Below, piece after piece: positions 13,184 through 24,910 of a stretch of DNA of 64,000 nucleotides. A program made the position numbers and the translations under genes. The notes under the pieces were generated by a model. It searched no databases. It was not told where the DNA came from and was given only the letters and a program-made list of their open reading frames with translations. The first letter of the stretch is position 1; each line of letters opens with the position of its first letter. The stretch comes from Octopus vulgaris. Lineage: Eukaryota. The stretch is from the NCBI GenBank assembly GCA_951406725.2, contig OX597819.1, positions 62,062,001-62,126,000 on the forward strand. Direction: 5' to 3'.

Positions 13184-13699
13184 TTGAATCTGTTTTTAAG
13201 GGTTGGCTTCAAAGGTTGCATTCCCTCATACATATTTGTTTAAAAGTATATAAATATACTCATAATGGTTTTTTTTTAAAACACATGCATTACAAAAACA
13301 CACACATCTGAGTCTGTCAAAGGTCAACCAACACAATGGAATGTAACTCCTTTCTGAAAATTCTCTCCTGATGAAATACCCAATTAACCACTTTCAATCT
13401 GAAACTTTTGAATTAATTTTTATTTAATTTGATTTCTCTAATTGAACTGAGTGGATATGGAAATGGCTATAGGGATAAAAATTTCCTAGGCCAAGGGCCT
13501 GAAGAAAATTCAAATTGAGCCCCACCTGCAAGGCCACATACTGTTTATCTTGATATGAGATCACCATGCCATGCACATATGATTGTAATGCATGTGCCTG
13601 GTGTACCCTTACCAGACGGGTAGTCATGATAGGTGTATTGGGCTTTGTATATTTGTACCCCAGTGTCACTTTGACTGCATGCGCTGCTCTCTTGCTCAA

Positions 13700-13799
13700 T
13701 AATGATAATGATGGTGATGATGATGATGATGATGATAATGACATCGATGACAACAATGATGATGATGATGATGATGACATCGATGACAACATCAACGAC

Positions 13800-13839
<40 letters not shown>

Positions 13840-13850
13840 ACTATTATTAT
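13700..13850. repeat. (GAT)n trinucleotide repeat
   Basis: Direct inspection. Confidence 0.95.
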
Positions 13851-14044
13851 TGTTATTAACTTTTCATTTTCTGTCTAGTCCAAGGTTATGACTTGTTTGT
13901 CCACTTTCTGTTTGTAAATACTTTTTAACTGCTTTCTCAGGCATTTATGCACATTTAGAAATTATATGTACCATGTTGCAATAAAATATACTTTTGTAAG
14001 ATATTTTGCTAATTAGATTATCTGTCTAGTTATTTATCCTTCTG

Positions 14045-14213
<169 letters not shown>

Positions 14214-14439
14214 TTCTGTTAACCTATTTCTGTTGTCTATATCTGTTCTGAGTCATCTGTGAATGCATGTATTTATGAATCTTGTCTATCTATCTATCTA
14301 GCTGGCTTACTAGTTAACTGTCTTTCTATCTATGTCTTCAACCACCTATGCATATATTTTGTTATGTATGTATGGATGTATGTATGAATGTATGTGTGTC
14401 TATGCAAATATGTGTGTGCATGTGTGTGTGTGTGTGTGT

Positions 14440-15113
14440 GATCATCATCATCATCGTTTAACATTCACTTTCCATGCTAGCATGGGTTGGACGATTTGAC
14501 TGAGGACTGGCAAACCAGATGGCTGCACCAGGCTCCAGTCTGATCTGGTGGAGTTTCTACAGATGGATGCCCTTCCTAACGCCAACCACTCTGAAAGTGT
14601 AGTGGGTGCTTTTACGTGCCACCAGCACGAGAGCCAGTCAGGTGGTACTGGCAATGGCCATGCTTAAATGGTGTTTTTTCACGTGCCACCTGCACAGGAG
14701 CCAGTCCAGCAGCACTGACAATGACCTCACTCGAATGTTTTTTGACGTGCAACTGGCATAAGTGCCAGTAAGGCGACACTAGTAATGATCATGCTTGAAT
14801 GGTGCATTTTACATGCCACTGGCACAGAAGCCAGCCAGCTGCTCTGGCAACGATCATGCTTGGATGTTACTCTTAATGCTCTACTGGCCCATGTTTCACT
14901 GCCATGTAGCGTGGCTGTTCGTACACATACGTTATACAGTCTACCTTTTACTCTGAGCGAGAGGCCCTTTGTCACCAGCAGAAGTAAGAGCTCTCTGAGC
15001 TTCGCCCAAGCTATTCTTATTCTAGGAGTTACACTTTCAGCGCACTCTCCCCCACTACTGACTTGGTCACCTAGGTAACAGAAGCTATCAACTACTTCTA
15101 GTTTTTCTCCCTG
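14440..15113 (-). mobile_element. RTE LINE fragment (RT C-terminal piece + 3'UTR)
   Basis: KGLSLRVKGRLYNVCVRTATLHGSETW (14727-14975) and LEVVDSFCYLGDQVSSGG; (CAT)n end at ~14440. Confidence 0.85.
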
Positions 15114-15511
15114 GAATATTTATAAAAGAACACAAACTGGGTTTAAAATTCACAACAGCTGTTTCAGCAGCATTTATTGATGAATGCTTAGGTTACATCA
15201 TGTCAAAAACTTGCCACCTTCAAGTGACTTCAAATAAACAGAGTGGTAAGTTAGAAAATTTATCATGTTCCATAAGGAAACAAATTAAGTTTTCAGAAGA
15301 ATTGTAGAATTATAACGCCCACTTACCAAAATCCTATATATTTATATAGTAATTCCTCTATTTAGCTGTATATGTTTATGTATATTTACATGTTATGAGT
15401 GGCTGTATGATAAGAATCTTGCTTCCCAACCCCATGGTCCCAGGTTCAGTCCCACTGTATAGCATCTTGGGCAAGTGTCATATACTATAGCCTCGAGATT
15501 GGTAGACAGAA

Positions 15512-15544
<33 letters not shown>

Positions 15545-16025
15545 TGTATGTATGTATGTATGTATGTATGTATGTATGTATGTATGTATGTGTGTGTGTG
15601 TGTGTATATATGTATGTATTTGTGTGTCTACATTTGTCTACCTACCATCACTTGACAACTAATGTTTGTGTGTTTATGGTTCCATAACTTAGCAGAACAA
15701 AAGGAACCAATAGAATAAGTACAAGGCTTACAAAGAATAAGTCATGTGGTCCATTTGTTTGACTAAAGGCAGTGCTCTACCATGGCCATAGTCAAATGAC
15801 TAAAACAAGTAAAAGAATAAAAGAATATGTGCATGTATGTATATATGTATGTACGTACGTATGTATGTATGTATGTATGTATGTATGTATGTATGTATGT
15901 ATGTATGTATGCATGTATGTATGCATGCATGTATGCATATAAGTATCTATCTATCTATCCATCCATCCATCCATCTATCTGTCGGTCTATCTATGTATCT
16001 ATCTGTCTGTCTATCTATGTATCTA

Positions 16026-16064
<39 letters not shown>

Positions 16065-16122
16065 CTCTATCTATCTATCTATCTATTTATCTGTCTGCCT
16101 GTCTATCTATCAATCCACCAAC

Positions 16123-16164
<42 letters not shown>

Positions 16165-16420
16165 ATGTTCTGTGCAATAATACAATGCATACCAGTAATA
16201 TACTGTAGTTCATTCAGTCAAGGTGTTTCATGCCAAAGGAATTACTTCTGGACAGTCGACAGTGAAGCAAATTTCCAAGACAGGAAATTAATATGAATTC
16301 AATCATCAAGTTTGTTAATATTGATGTTGCTGTTGCTGTGATTCTCATTGTTTTTAATGTTGACATTGTTGTTATGGTTATTCTTGCTATTCTAACTGTT
16401 GTCATTAGAGCAATTTTACA

Positions 16421-16592
16421 GTAGTAGTAGTGGTGGTGGTGGTGTTGGAGGTGGTGGTGGTGGTGGTGGTGATGGTGGTGGCAGCAGTGGTGGAGGTGGC
16501 AGTGCTGGTGGTGGTGGTGGTGGTAACAGCATCAGCAGCAGCACCACTGCTGCTGCTGCCACTGCCGCCGCCACCACCACTACTACTACTGT
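16421..16592. repeat. (GGT)n/(GCA)n/(CCA)n/(CTA)n compound trinucleotide repeat
   Basis: Direct inspection; G-rich half followed by a C-rich half. Confidence 0.9.
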
Positions 16593-17164
16593 AGTCTTTA
16601 TTGAAATTGTTGATATTTCAGACATGAGCTAAATTTCTTACTTCATCGAAGAATGCAAATTTAATATGTTATAGGTGTGGGCTTGGCTGTGTGGGGTTAT
16701 CAAGCTTGCTATGCAGCAATGTGATTTTGGGTTTAGTCTCCCTACATGACCCCTTGAGCAAGTGTCTTTTATTAAAGCTCCAATTTGACCAATGCCTTGT
16801 AAGTGTATCTAGTAAATGGAAACTGTGTTGAAGCTTGTCGTGAACATATTCTCTGAGAACATGTTTGGCCATGGGGAAATATTACCTTGCTTGGAAGCAG
16901 GTGAGGGTTGGTGACACAAAGAGCATTGGGTCATAGAAAATCTACCTCAGTAAACTCTGTCTGACTCATGCAAGCATGAGTGCAGCTTTGATGCAGGTCT
17001 GAGGAAGTGCTAATCTAATGTTTAAAACAGCAAATATCACATTTTTATTTTGGACTTTTACATGAACTGGTGTTGAAAGCAGATTTGGTACAGAAACAGT
17101 TGTAACTGACCATTAAAGACATGCTAAAGTCCTTTGTCTTCTTACTTGGATTATATATTGTTTG

Positions 17165-17460
17165 TTCCTTCTTGGGCCATGCCTGGCTCACAGGGCCGGT
17201 TTCCCGGTTTCCTTGGCATATAGGTTCCCCACCTGGACGGGACGCCGGTCCGTCGCAGGTGCGCTACAAGATGCAGGAGGAAAGAATGAGAGAAAGTTGT
17301 GGCGAAAGAGTCAGCAGAAGTTCGCCATTACCTTCTGCTGGAGCCACATGGAGCTTGGGTGTTTTGCTCATAAACACACACATTGCCCAATCTGAGATTC
17401 GAACCCACAGTCCCTTGACCACGAGTCCGCTGTTCTAACCACTAGGCCATGTGCCTCCAC
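17165..17460 (-). mobile_element. tRNA-derived SINE (family E)
   Basis: Minus-strand head tggaggcacatggcctagtggttag...ggttcgaatc is a clear tRNA A/B box. GC-rich body. Confidence 0.65.
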
Positions 17461-19109
17461 GGATTATATATTACTCTTTGCTAAATCCAAATCCACACAA
17501 TAGTGTTACTGTCTTGAAACCAGGATTTTCTACACATAAAACACATAAACTATCAAACTTTTATCCTCCATTTTGTCATACAGCATCTTATGGAATTTAT
17601 TATGTTAATGTATAATACAGATAAACAAAGATCTTGTTGATTACATATGAATCATATTCACAAAGTACATTTATATCTGTCATTAATTATCTACTACTAT
17701 CAAAACTAGGCCATATAGAATCACTTTTATATTCTTTTGCAGACTATTCAGAGACTTCATGGCATTATACATTTCAATGTAAGAGTTTTCAGATTTGGTT
17801 TGATAAAATATTAAAGTGAAATTTCAAAAGATTACCAATGTTAATGATACAAGACATTTTCAGAGTCTGCCGATGTTGATAAGATCTTTTAATTTAAAGA
17901 CGCAACCAGAAGATTTAAAAAGCAAAACATTTAAATTGTTCTGTGTTTTTTACAATTGATGAGTCTTTATTAGTAGGGGATTAGAAAACTGTATTTTAGT
18001 CAGTGATTTCAGTGCTTTATAAAGATGTTTAAATTAAATAAATAAAGATGCAAGAGTGGCTGTGTGGTAAGTAGCTTGCTTACCAACCACATGTTTCCGG
18101 GTTCAGTCCCACTATGTGGTACCTTGGGCAAGTGTCTTCAACTATAGCCTCGGGCCAATCAAAGCCTTGTGAGTGGATTTGGTAGATGGAAACTGAAAGA
18201 AGCCTGTCTTGTATATGTGTGTGTGTGTGCATACACACACATATATATATGTGTATAACACTGAGACAAAAGGAAAAATAAATTGAAAGGTATAATGAAT
18301 AAACTCTCTAATTGGTCGAAGCAACTTTATAACATACCAATATTATCATAAATCGAACATAAATATTTATTAAAACAACAGGGCATCCAATGGTAAAACC
18401 CAAGACTATAAAATACATACATACATATGAATAAAAGGTGATAAAAGCTAAAAGGGTAATACGAGTGAAGTCAAATGCAGAAATATATTTGAATCAAATT
18501 AATGCATAATAAAGGTGACTTAAAATTTAAGGCAATGAAACTAAAATGATATAAACATAAATGTTTTAATAAATATTTATGTTCAATTTATGATAATATG
18601 GGAATGTTATAAAGTCGTTTTGACCAATTAGAGCATTTATTCATTATACCTTTCAAATATATATATAGGCGCAGGAGTGGCTGTGTGGTAAGTAGCTTGC
18701 TTACCAACCACATGGTTCCCGGTTCAGTCCCACTGCGTGGCACCTTGGGCAATTGTCTTCTGTATTGCCTCGGGTTGACCAAAGCCTTGTGAGTGGATTT
18801 GTTAGACAGAAACTGAAGGAAGCCGATCATATATATGTATATATATATGTGTGTGTGTGTGTGAATACTTGTGTGTCTGTGTTTTGCCCCCAACATTGCT
18901 TGACAACCGATGCTGGTGTGTTTACATCCCTGTAACTTAGCGTTTTGGCAAAAGAGACTGATATATATAAAATTTAAAATTAAAATGAGGGTGAAAAATT
19001 GGATATTAATTTGATAACACCAATTTAACACCAGTGGTCTAGCATATTAAAAAACTAGTGGATCTGCTTCTAGCATTAGGGTGTCCACATAGTGGTAATC
19101 CCTCTCATA

Positions 19110-19150
<41 letters not shown>

Positions 19151-19639
19151 ATAAGGGCACTCAACACATTTATTAGGAGTTACATGTATTATTATTATTC
19201 AAAGCAGTTTGATTTAGATTCTGAAACTTAAAGTAGCACAGAATCTGAATCAAACTGTTTTTGAATATAGGAGCACTCTGTCAGCTACAACGATGAGGAT
19301 CCCAGCTGATACGATCAACGGAATAGTTTGCTCATGAAATTAATGTGCAAGTGGCTGAGCACTCCACAGACATATGTACCCTTAACATAGTTCTCAGGGA
19401 GACATGAGAGGATGACATGAAGTGTGACAAGGCTGGCCCTTTGAAATACGAGTACTTCTCATTTTTGCCAGCTGATTGGACTGGAGCAACGTGAAATAAA
19501 GTGTCTTCCTCAAGGACACAATGCATTGCCAGGAATTGAACTCACACCATTATGTTCATGAGCCGAATGCCCTAACCACTAAGCTACGTGCCTTCACATT
19601 TTTTTTTAATAATATATATGTATATATATCAAAAGACTG

Positions 19640-20140
19640 AGACCTCTGAAGATATGCTGTAACTGCGAAGACCCGACAAATGAAGTGGGTTCATGGCTTG
19701 CAGGATGGCCTGCTGTGCTTACCTTGGATCGTAGGGTGACCTGCTGTGCTTGAGGAGACCTATTGAGTCAAGTACATCAACATCAAAATTAAAATCATAT
19801 GGAAATTGTAGTTGTGATACCTGTGCCGGTGGTATGTAAAAAGCACCATCTGAACATGGCCAATGCCAGCGTTGCCTAGACTAGCATCTGTGCCGGTGGC
19901 ACATAAAAGGCACCAACCAATCGTGGCCATTGCCAGCCTCCTCTGGCCCCTGTGCCAGTGGCACTTAAAAGCACCCACTACACTCACAGAGTGGTTGGCA
20001 TTAGGAAGGGCATCAGTTGTAGAAATACTGCCAGATCAGACTGGAGCCTGGTGCAGCCTCCTGGCTTCCCAGACCCCAGTCGAACCGTCCAACCCATGCT
20101 AGCATAGAAAACGGACGTTAAACGATGATGATGATGATGA
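19640..20140 (+). mobile_element. RTE 3'UTR-type repeat with (GAT)n tail (further copies ~23375-23690, 33200-33425, 48300-48600)
   Basis: Reverse-complement match to 625-1115; ends aaacgatgatgatgatgat. Confidence 0.75.
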
Positions 20141-20157
20141 TATATTGAGTGGCTGTA

Positions 20158-20555
20158 TAATTACCTCTGCCAAGGAAGGAGGTTATGTTTTCATCAGCAT
20201 TGGTTTGTCCGTCAGTATGCAAAAGAAGTCAAAAAGTTGTGAACGGTATTTGATGAAACTTGCAGAAAAAGTTGGTAATGACACAAGGAACAGATGATGA
20301 AATTCTGGTAGTGATCCAGGTATTTTTATGGACTGTTAAAGGATTTTTCATTTGTTATATTTACTTTACTTGAAGTATTACAATGTTACGTTCTTTGTCT
20401 CCCTTCAAAACACATTCATCGTTTCCACGTAACCTATGGTGGCTTTGCTGTTTCCAAAGTTTATTTTCGTTTCTCTATTAGTAATTTTACTCACGCATCT
20501 ATCTTAAAATGAGCTGCTTGGCAGAGATCTGCGATCTCCGTGTGCTTTTTTAGTT
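20158..20555 (+). mobile_element. Helentron-associated non-autonomous element (HINE/DINE-1-like)
   Basis: Subterminal inverted repeats cctctgccaag (20164) / cttggcagag (20517), ggaggttatgtttt after the 5' subTIR, and a T-rich 3' end. Confidence 0.6.
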
Positions 20556-21088
20556 AACAAATGTTTTTTTTTATTCTAAATTTGTTGGAAAATAAAAGGC
20601 ACCAAAATAAAATAAAACGGTCATTAATATATGTGTGTGTATGTGTGTGTGTATGTGCGCACGTGTATACACACACATACACACCTGACTGATGATGATG
20701 ATGATGATGATAACATGAATCCTTGTTGAACAAGAAACTAACAAGGAAGAATGTGGTCTCCACTGAGCATGAGCAGAAAGAGTACAAGAGTTGAAAAACA
20801 ATCTCAAAATAGTTGATATTCTGTTACAAATCATTGCCACTATTACGAATCACCACCAACTGGCAGATGGCCTTAACAATGCTGCTTTCCAGAGTGCTTT
20901 TGTTTTATTTCACAAAGAAATAGTCAAGGCAGAGTTATGCTGTAAGAGGTTTGTTTCCCTATCACATGGTTCCAGGTTCAGTCCCACCACATGACACTTT
21001 GGACAAGTGTCTTCTACTATAGCCTCAAACTGACCAAAGCCTTGTGAGTGGATTTGGTAGACAAAAGCTGAGAGAAGCCTATTGTATA

Positions 21089-21145
<57 letters not shown>

Positions 21146-21198
21146 ATGTGTGTGTGTGCATGTGTTTGTGTGTGTGTGTCTGTGCATGCATTTGTGAG

Positions 21199-21231
<33 letters not shown>

Positions 21232-21595
21232 ATGCATTTGTGTGCGTCTTTGTGTTTGTGTTAATTCCCCACCAGTGCTTTGACAATCAGTGTTGGTGTG
21301 TTTACATCCCCATAACCTAGTGGTTCAACAAAAGAGTCAGACAGACTAGGTACCAGGCTTAATAAAAAATAAGTTGAATCATTCAACTAAAAGTGTCGTA
21401 GCATGGTGGCAGTCTAATGACTTAAAGAAACAAAAAGATGAAAGATATAGTTTTATTGTAATTGATGTCATGGAAAAAGAAAATTGCTATTTTTGGGGGG
21501 CCAAAAATATGGCTTGAGGTGAAAATACTGGCAGAAACTTGTGGCTGCCTGTTGATGTTGTCGCGACATTAGGATGAGCTAGAAGTTACTGTTAA

Positions 21596-21860
21596 TCCAC
21601 TCTGCTGAGTGGCTGGTGCAAGGAAGGGCATCCAGCTGTAAAAACCTTGTCAAAACTGACCTTGCCTGTGCTTGTAGCACATAAAAAATATTAAGTCCAC
21701 TCTGCTGAGTGGTCGGTGTAAGGAAGGGCACCCAGCTGTAAAAACCTTGTCAAAACTGACCTTGCCTGTGCTTGTACCACATAAAAAGTACTAAGTCCAT
21801 TCTGCTGGGTGCTTGGTGTTAGGAAAGGCATTCAGCTGTAAAATCCTGCCAGAACAGTTA
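21596..21860. repeat. 100-bp tandem repeat x ~2.6 within an RTE-tail-type element
   Basis: tcca(c/t)tctgctg recurs at 21596, 21696 and 21796. Confidence 0.85.
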
Positions 21861-22889
21861 CAGAGTTTTAGTGTAAGCTTCTGCTTGGCAGGCTCCTGTC
21901 AAACCGTCCCACCCATGCCAACATAGGAGGTGGATGTTAAGCAATGATGATGATGATGACAATGCTTACAGTTGACAAAACCACATCTGGAATGTTGCAG
22001 GTTTATTCTCCAGATTTTTGAATTCTGAAGCCAAAAGAATAAAAGACATTAGTCATTGTTATTTTTTTGTTTTTCAAATCAGAGCACAATCATAAAGAAT
22101 GACTATGAAAGTGAAAAAACACATATAAATATCAAAAGTTTGACTGAATTTTTGCAGGAGTGTCTGTGTGGTAAGTAGCTTGCTTACCAACCACATGGTT
22201 CCAGGTTCAGTCCAACTGCTTGCCACCTTGGGCAAGTGTCTTCTATTATAGCCTCGGGCCGACCAAGGCTTTGTGAGTGGGTTTGGTAGACAGAAACTGA
22301 AAGAAGCTTGTCGTATATATGTATATGTATATATATGTATGTGTGTGTATATGCTTGTGTGTCTGTTTGTGCCCCCAGCATCGCTTGACAACCGATGCTG
22401 GTGTGTTTGCGTCTCCGTAACCTAGTGGTTCAGCAAAAGAGGCTGATAGAATAAGTACTAGGCTTACAAAGAATAAGTCCTGGGATTGATTTGCTCAACT
22501 AAAAAAAAAAGCCAGTGCTCCAGCATGGCCACAGTCAAGTGACTGAAACAAGTAAAAGAGTAAAAGAGTAAAGAGAGTATATTATCCTTCATAGTCCTCA
22601 ATAATAGAAAACACTAATGTATTTTATTTTCCTCTTTTGAGCACAAGGCCAGCAATTTTGAAGGGAGGGGAAGTTGATTACATTGATCCCAGTGCTTGAA
22701 GTGTACTTATTTCGGCAACACCAAAATAACAGAACATAAACCCAGAAGAAATGCTGTTCAGGATTTTGTTCAGTGTACCAACAATTCTTCCAGCTCACCA
22801 CACTTTAAGAAAACCTATCAATACCTATAAGGTACATTATTTACATTATTTACATTTGACAGATATTTGTCCTCATCTTGTTTGTTGTT

Positions 22890-22935
22890 AACACAACATT
22901 TCAGCTGATGTACCCTCCAGCGTTCATCAGGTGTC
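22890..22935 (-). ncRNA. Degenerate minimal type-I hammerhead motif in a Penelope-like repeat
   Basis: Minus strand gacac-CTGATGA-acGCTG gagggtacat CAGCt-GAAA-tgtt-gtgtt. Stem I is gacac/gtgtt and stem II is gctg/cagc. Confidence 0.55.
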
Positions 22936-23684
22936 TTGGGAAATTTCAAACAAGATGAGGACAAATATCCGTCAAATGTAAATAATGTAAATAATGTACA
23001 TAATTCCTCATCTCTTAAATATAGAACATATTAAGTAGTTGGACTCAACCAAAATATTTCTTCCCATTGTTCATGACTCTGCGCCATAGATTATGGTTAG
23101 CATGTTAGACTGGTCAGACTGGTCAATACTCTGCGCTTTGGTTTAATGGTGTTTTACTTCTAATGATGTCATTTTATGTATAATATATACACTATCCACC
23201 CTGTATTCACCACTTTATTTCTTCTAAACGTTTGTATTCTACTTTTACAGTTAACCTACATACAAGGTTGTATGTATGTATTTATGTATGAGTGTATATA
23301 TATATGTATGTAGACATGTATGTATGTATGTATGTATGTATGTATGTATGTATGTATGTGTATATATATACAGTCATCATCATCGTCATCATCATCATCA
23401 TCATCATTGTTTAACGTCTGCTTTCTATGCTGGCATGGGTTGGATGGTTCGACTGTGGACTGGCGAGCCAGAGGCTGTACCTGGCTCCAATCTGATCTGG
23501 TAAGGTTTCCACAGCTGGATGCCCTTCCTAATGCCAGCCACTTCAAGAATGTAGTGGGTGCTTTTTACATACCACTGGCATGAGGGCCAGTTAGCTGGTA
23601 CTTGGTACTAGCATTGACCACACTCAAATGGTGCTTTTTACGTGCCGCCGGCACGGGAGCCAGTCAGGAGGCACTGGCAACGAC

Positions 23685-23726
<42 letters not shown>

Positions 23727-23781
23727 TTTGATAGGTTTCAGCCAGTATTGGTCCAGACCATGTCTAACTTAATAACTCTAC

Positions 23782-23814
<33 letters not shown>

Positions 23815-23919
23815 TTAATGTCCATTATCCATGCTGGCACACAAACAAAGGGAGAGAGATAGAGCGAAAGAGAGGTAGATACATATGCAGACATATATTT
23901 GTATGTATGTAAATCTTTC

Positions 23920-23962
<43 letters not shown>

Positions 23963-24498
23963 TATCTATCTCTCTAACTCTCTGTCTATCTATATTTTCA
24001 TGAGTAGGTGTGTGAAGCAGTGACAGAAAGAATACAGATACATATACATACATACATATACACACACATATTTATCACCTGTTATTAATAGAATATATAA
24101 TGGTTGACTTTGATGGCTGTTGAACACGAGTTATGTTTTCCTCACATTTATTTTTAGTCTCGCCTTGTTATTTTTCTCTGTTCACTTCATTTCTTTGGCC
24201 CATGATCATTATTCACGAAGTGAACTACGTAACTAGCAAGGCAGAAATGATTTTAAATATTAACCATCAAGGTTTATTCCTTTTTCTTCTCCTCTAAGCT
24301 TTTTAAAGATGCCTTCCAGCACAGTATTAACCTTTTTAATACCAATCCTGCCTGAGACTGCCTCTGGTCCTATGATACAAGCTTTCTGTTTAAAGCCATC
24401 GAAATTAAATTCATGTTAAGTTATATTCTAAACACTGGATTAATAATGACAAAGTTGTTTTACTAAATTTTTCATTATTTTCAAAATTAATTGACATT

Positions 24499-24910
24499 AG
24501 GCGTAGGGGTGGCTGTGTGGTAAGTAGCTTGCTTACCAACCACATGGTTCCGGGTTCAGTCCCACTGTGTAGCACCTTGGGCAAGTGTCTTCTACTATAG
24601 CCTTGGGTTGACCAAAGCCTTGTGAGTGGATTTGGTAGACGGAAACTGAAAGAAGCCCGTCATATATATGTATATATATATATATGTGCGTGTGTATGTT
24701 TGTGTGTTTGTGTTTGTCCCTCCAGCATTGCTTGACAACCACTGCTGGTGTGTTTACATCGCTGTAACTTAGCGGTTCGGCAAAAGAGATCGATAGAATA
24801 AGTACTAGGTTTATAAAGAATAAGTCCTGGGGTCGATTTGCTCGACTAAAGGCGGTGTTCCAGCATGGCCACAGTCAAACAACTGAAACAAATAAAAGAG
24901 TAAAAGAGTA
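24499..24910 (+). mobile_element. tRNA-derived SINE family A (others ~15398, 18049, 18667, 20928, 22155, 35000, 47620, 50607, 51330, 58840)
   Basis: ggctgtgtggtaagtagcttgcttaccaaccacatggttccgggttcagtccc head (A/B boxes), an internal (TA/TG)n tract and a (gtaaaaga)n tail. Confidence 0.8.

Larger units (their letters stand above)
12517..13218 (+). repeat. Two ~218-bp direct repeats (12517-12734, 13001-13218; period 484 bp), each carrying a hammerhead motif
   Basis: cccacctcttacatagatatataagagtgaa...ggcttcaaaggttg is duplicated at a constant offset of 484. Confidence 0.9.

Noticed and set aside
13367-13410. CTGATGA...GAAAC spacing
   Set aside because: No stem II or stem III complementarity.
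15113-15245. Apparent + strand exon (..IKEHKLGLKFTTAVSAAFIDECLGYIMSKTCHLQVTSNKQS|gtaagt)
   Set aside because: No credible acceptor and no recognised homology; the opposite strand is better explained as a Penelope-type hammerhead relic.
16399-16632. Gly/Ala/Thr-rich and Pro-rich ORFs
   Set aside because: Translation of a compound trinucleotide microsatellite.
24499-24570. tRNA genes at SINE heads
   Set aside because: A/B boxes are present but there is no cloverleaf, and they are fused to multi-copy SINE bodies.
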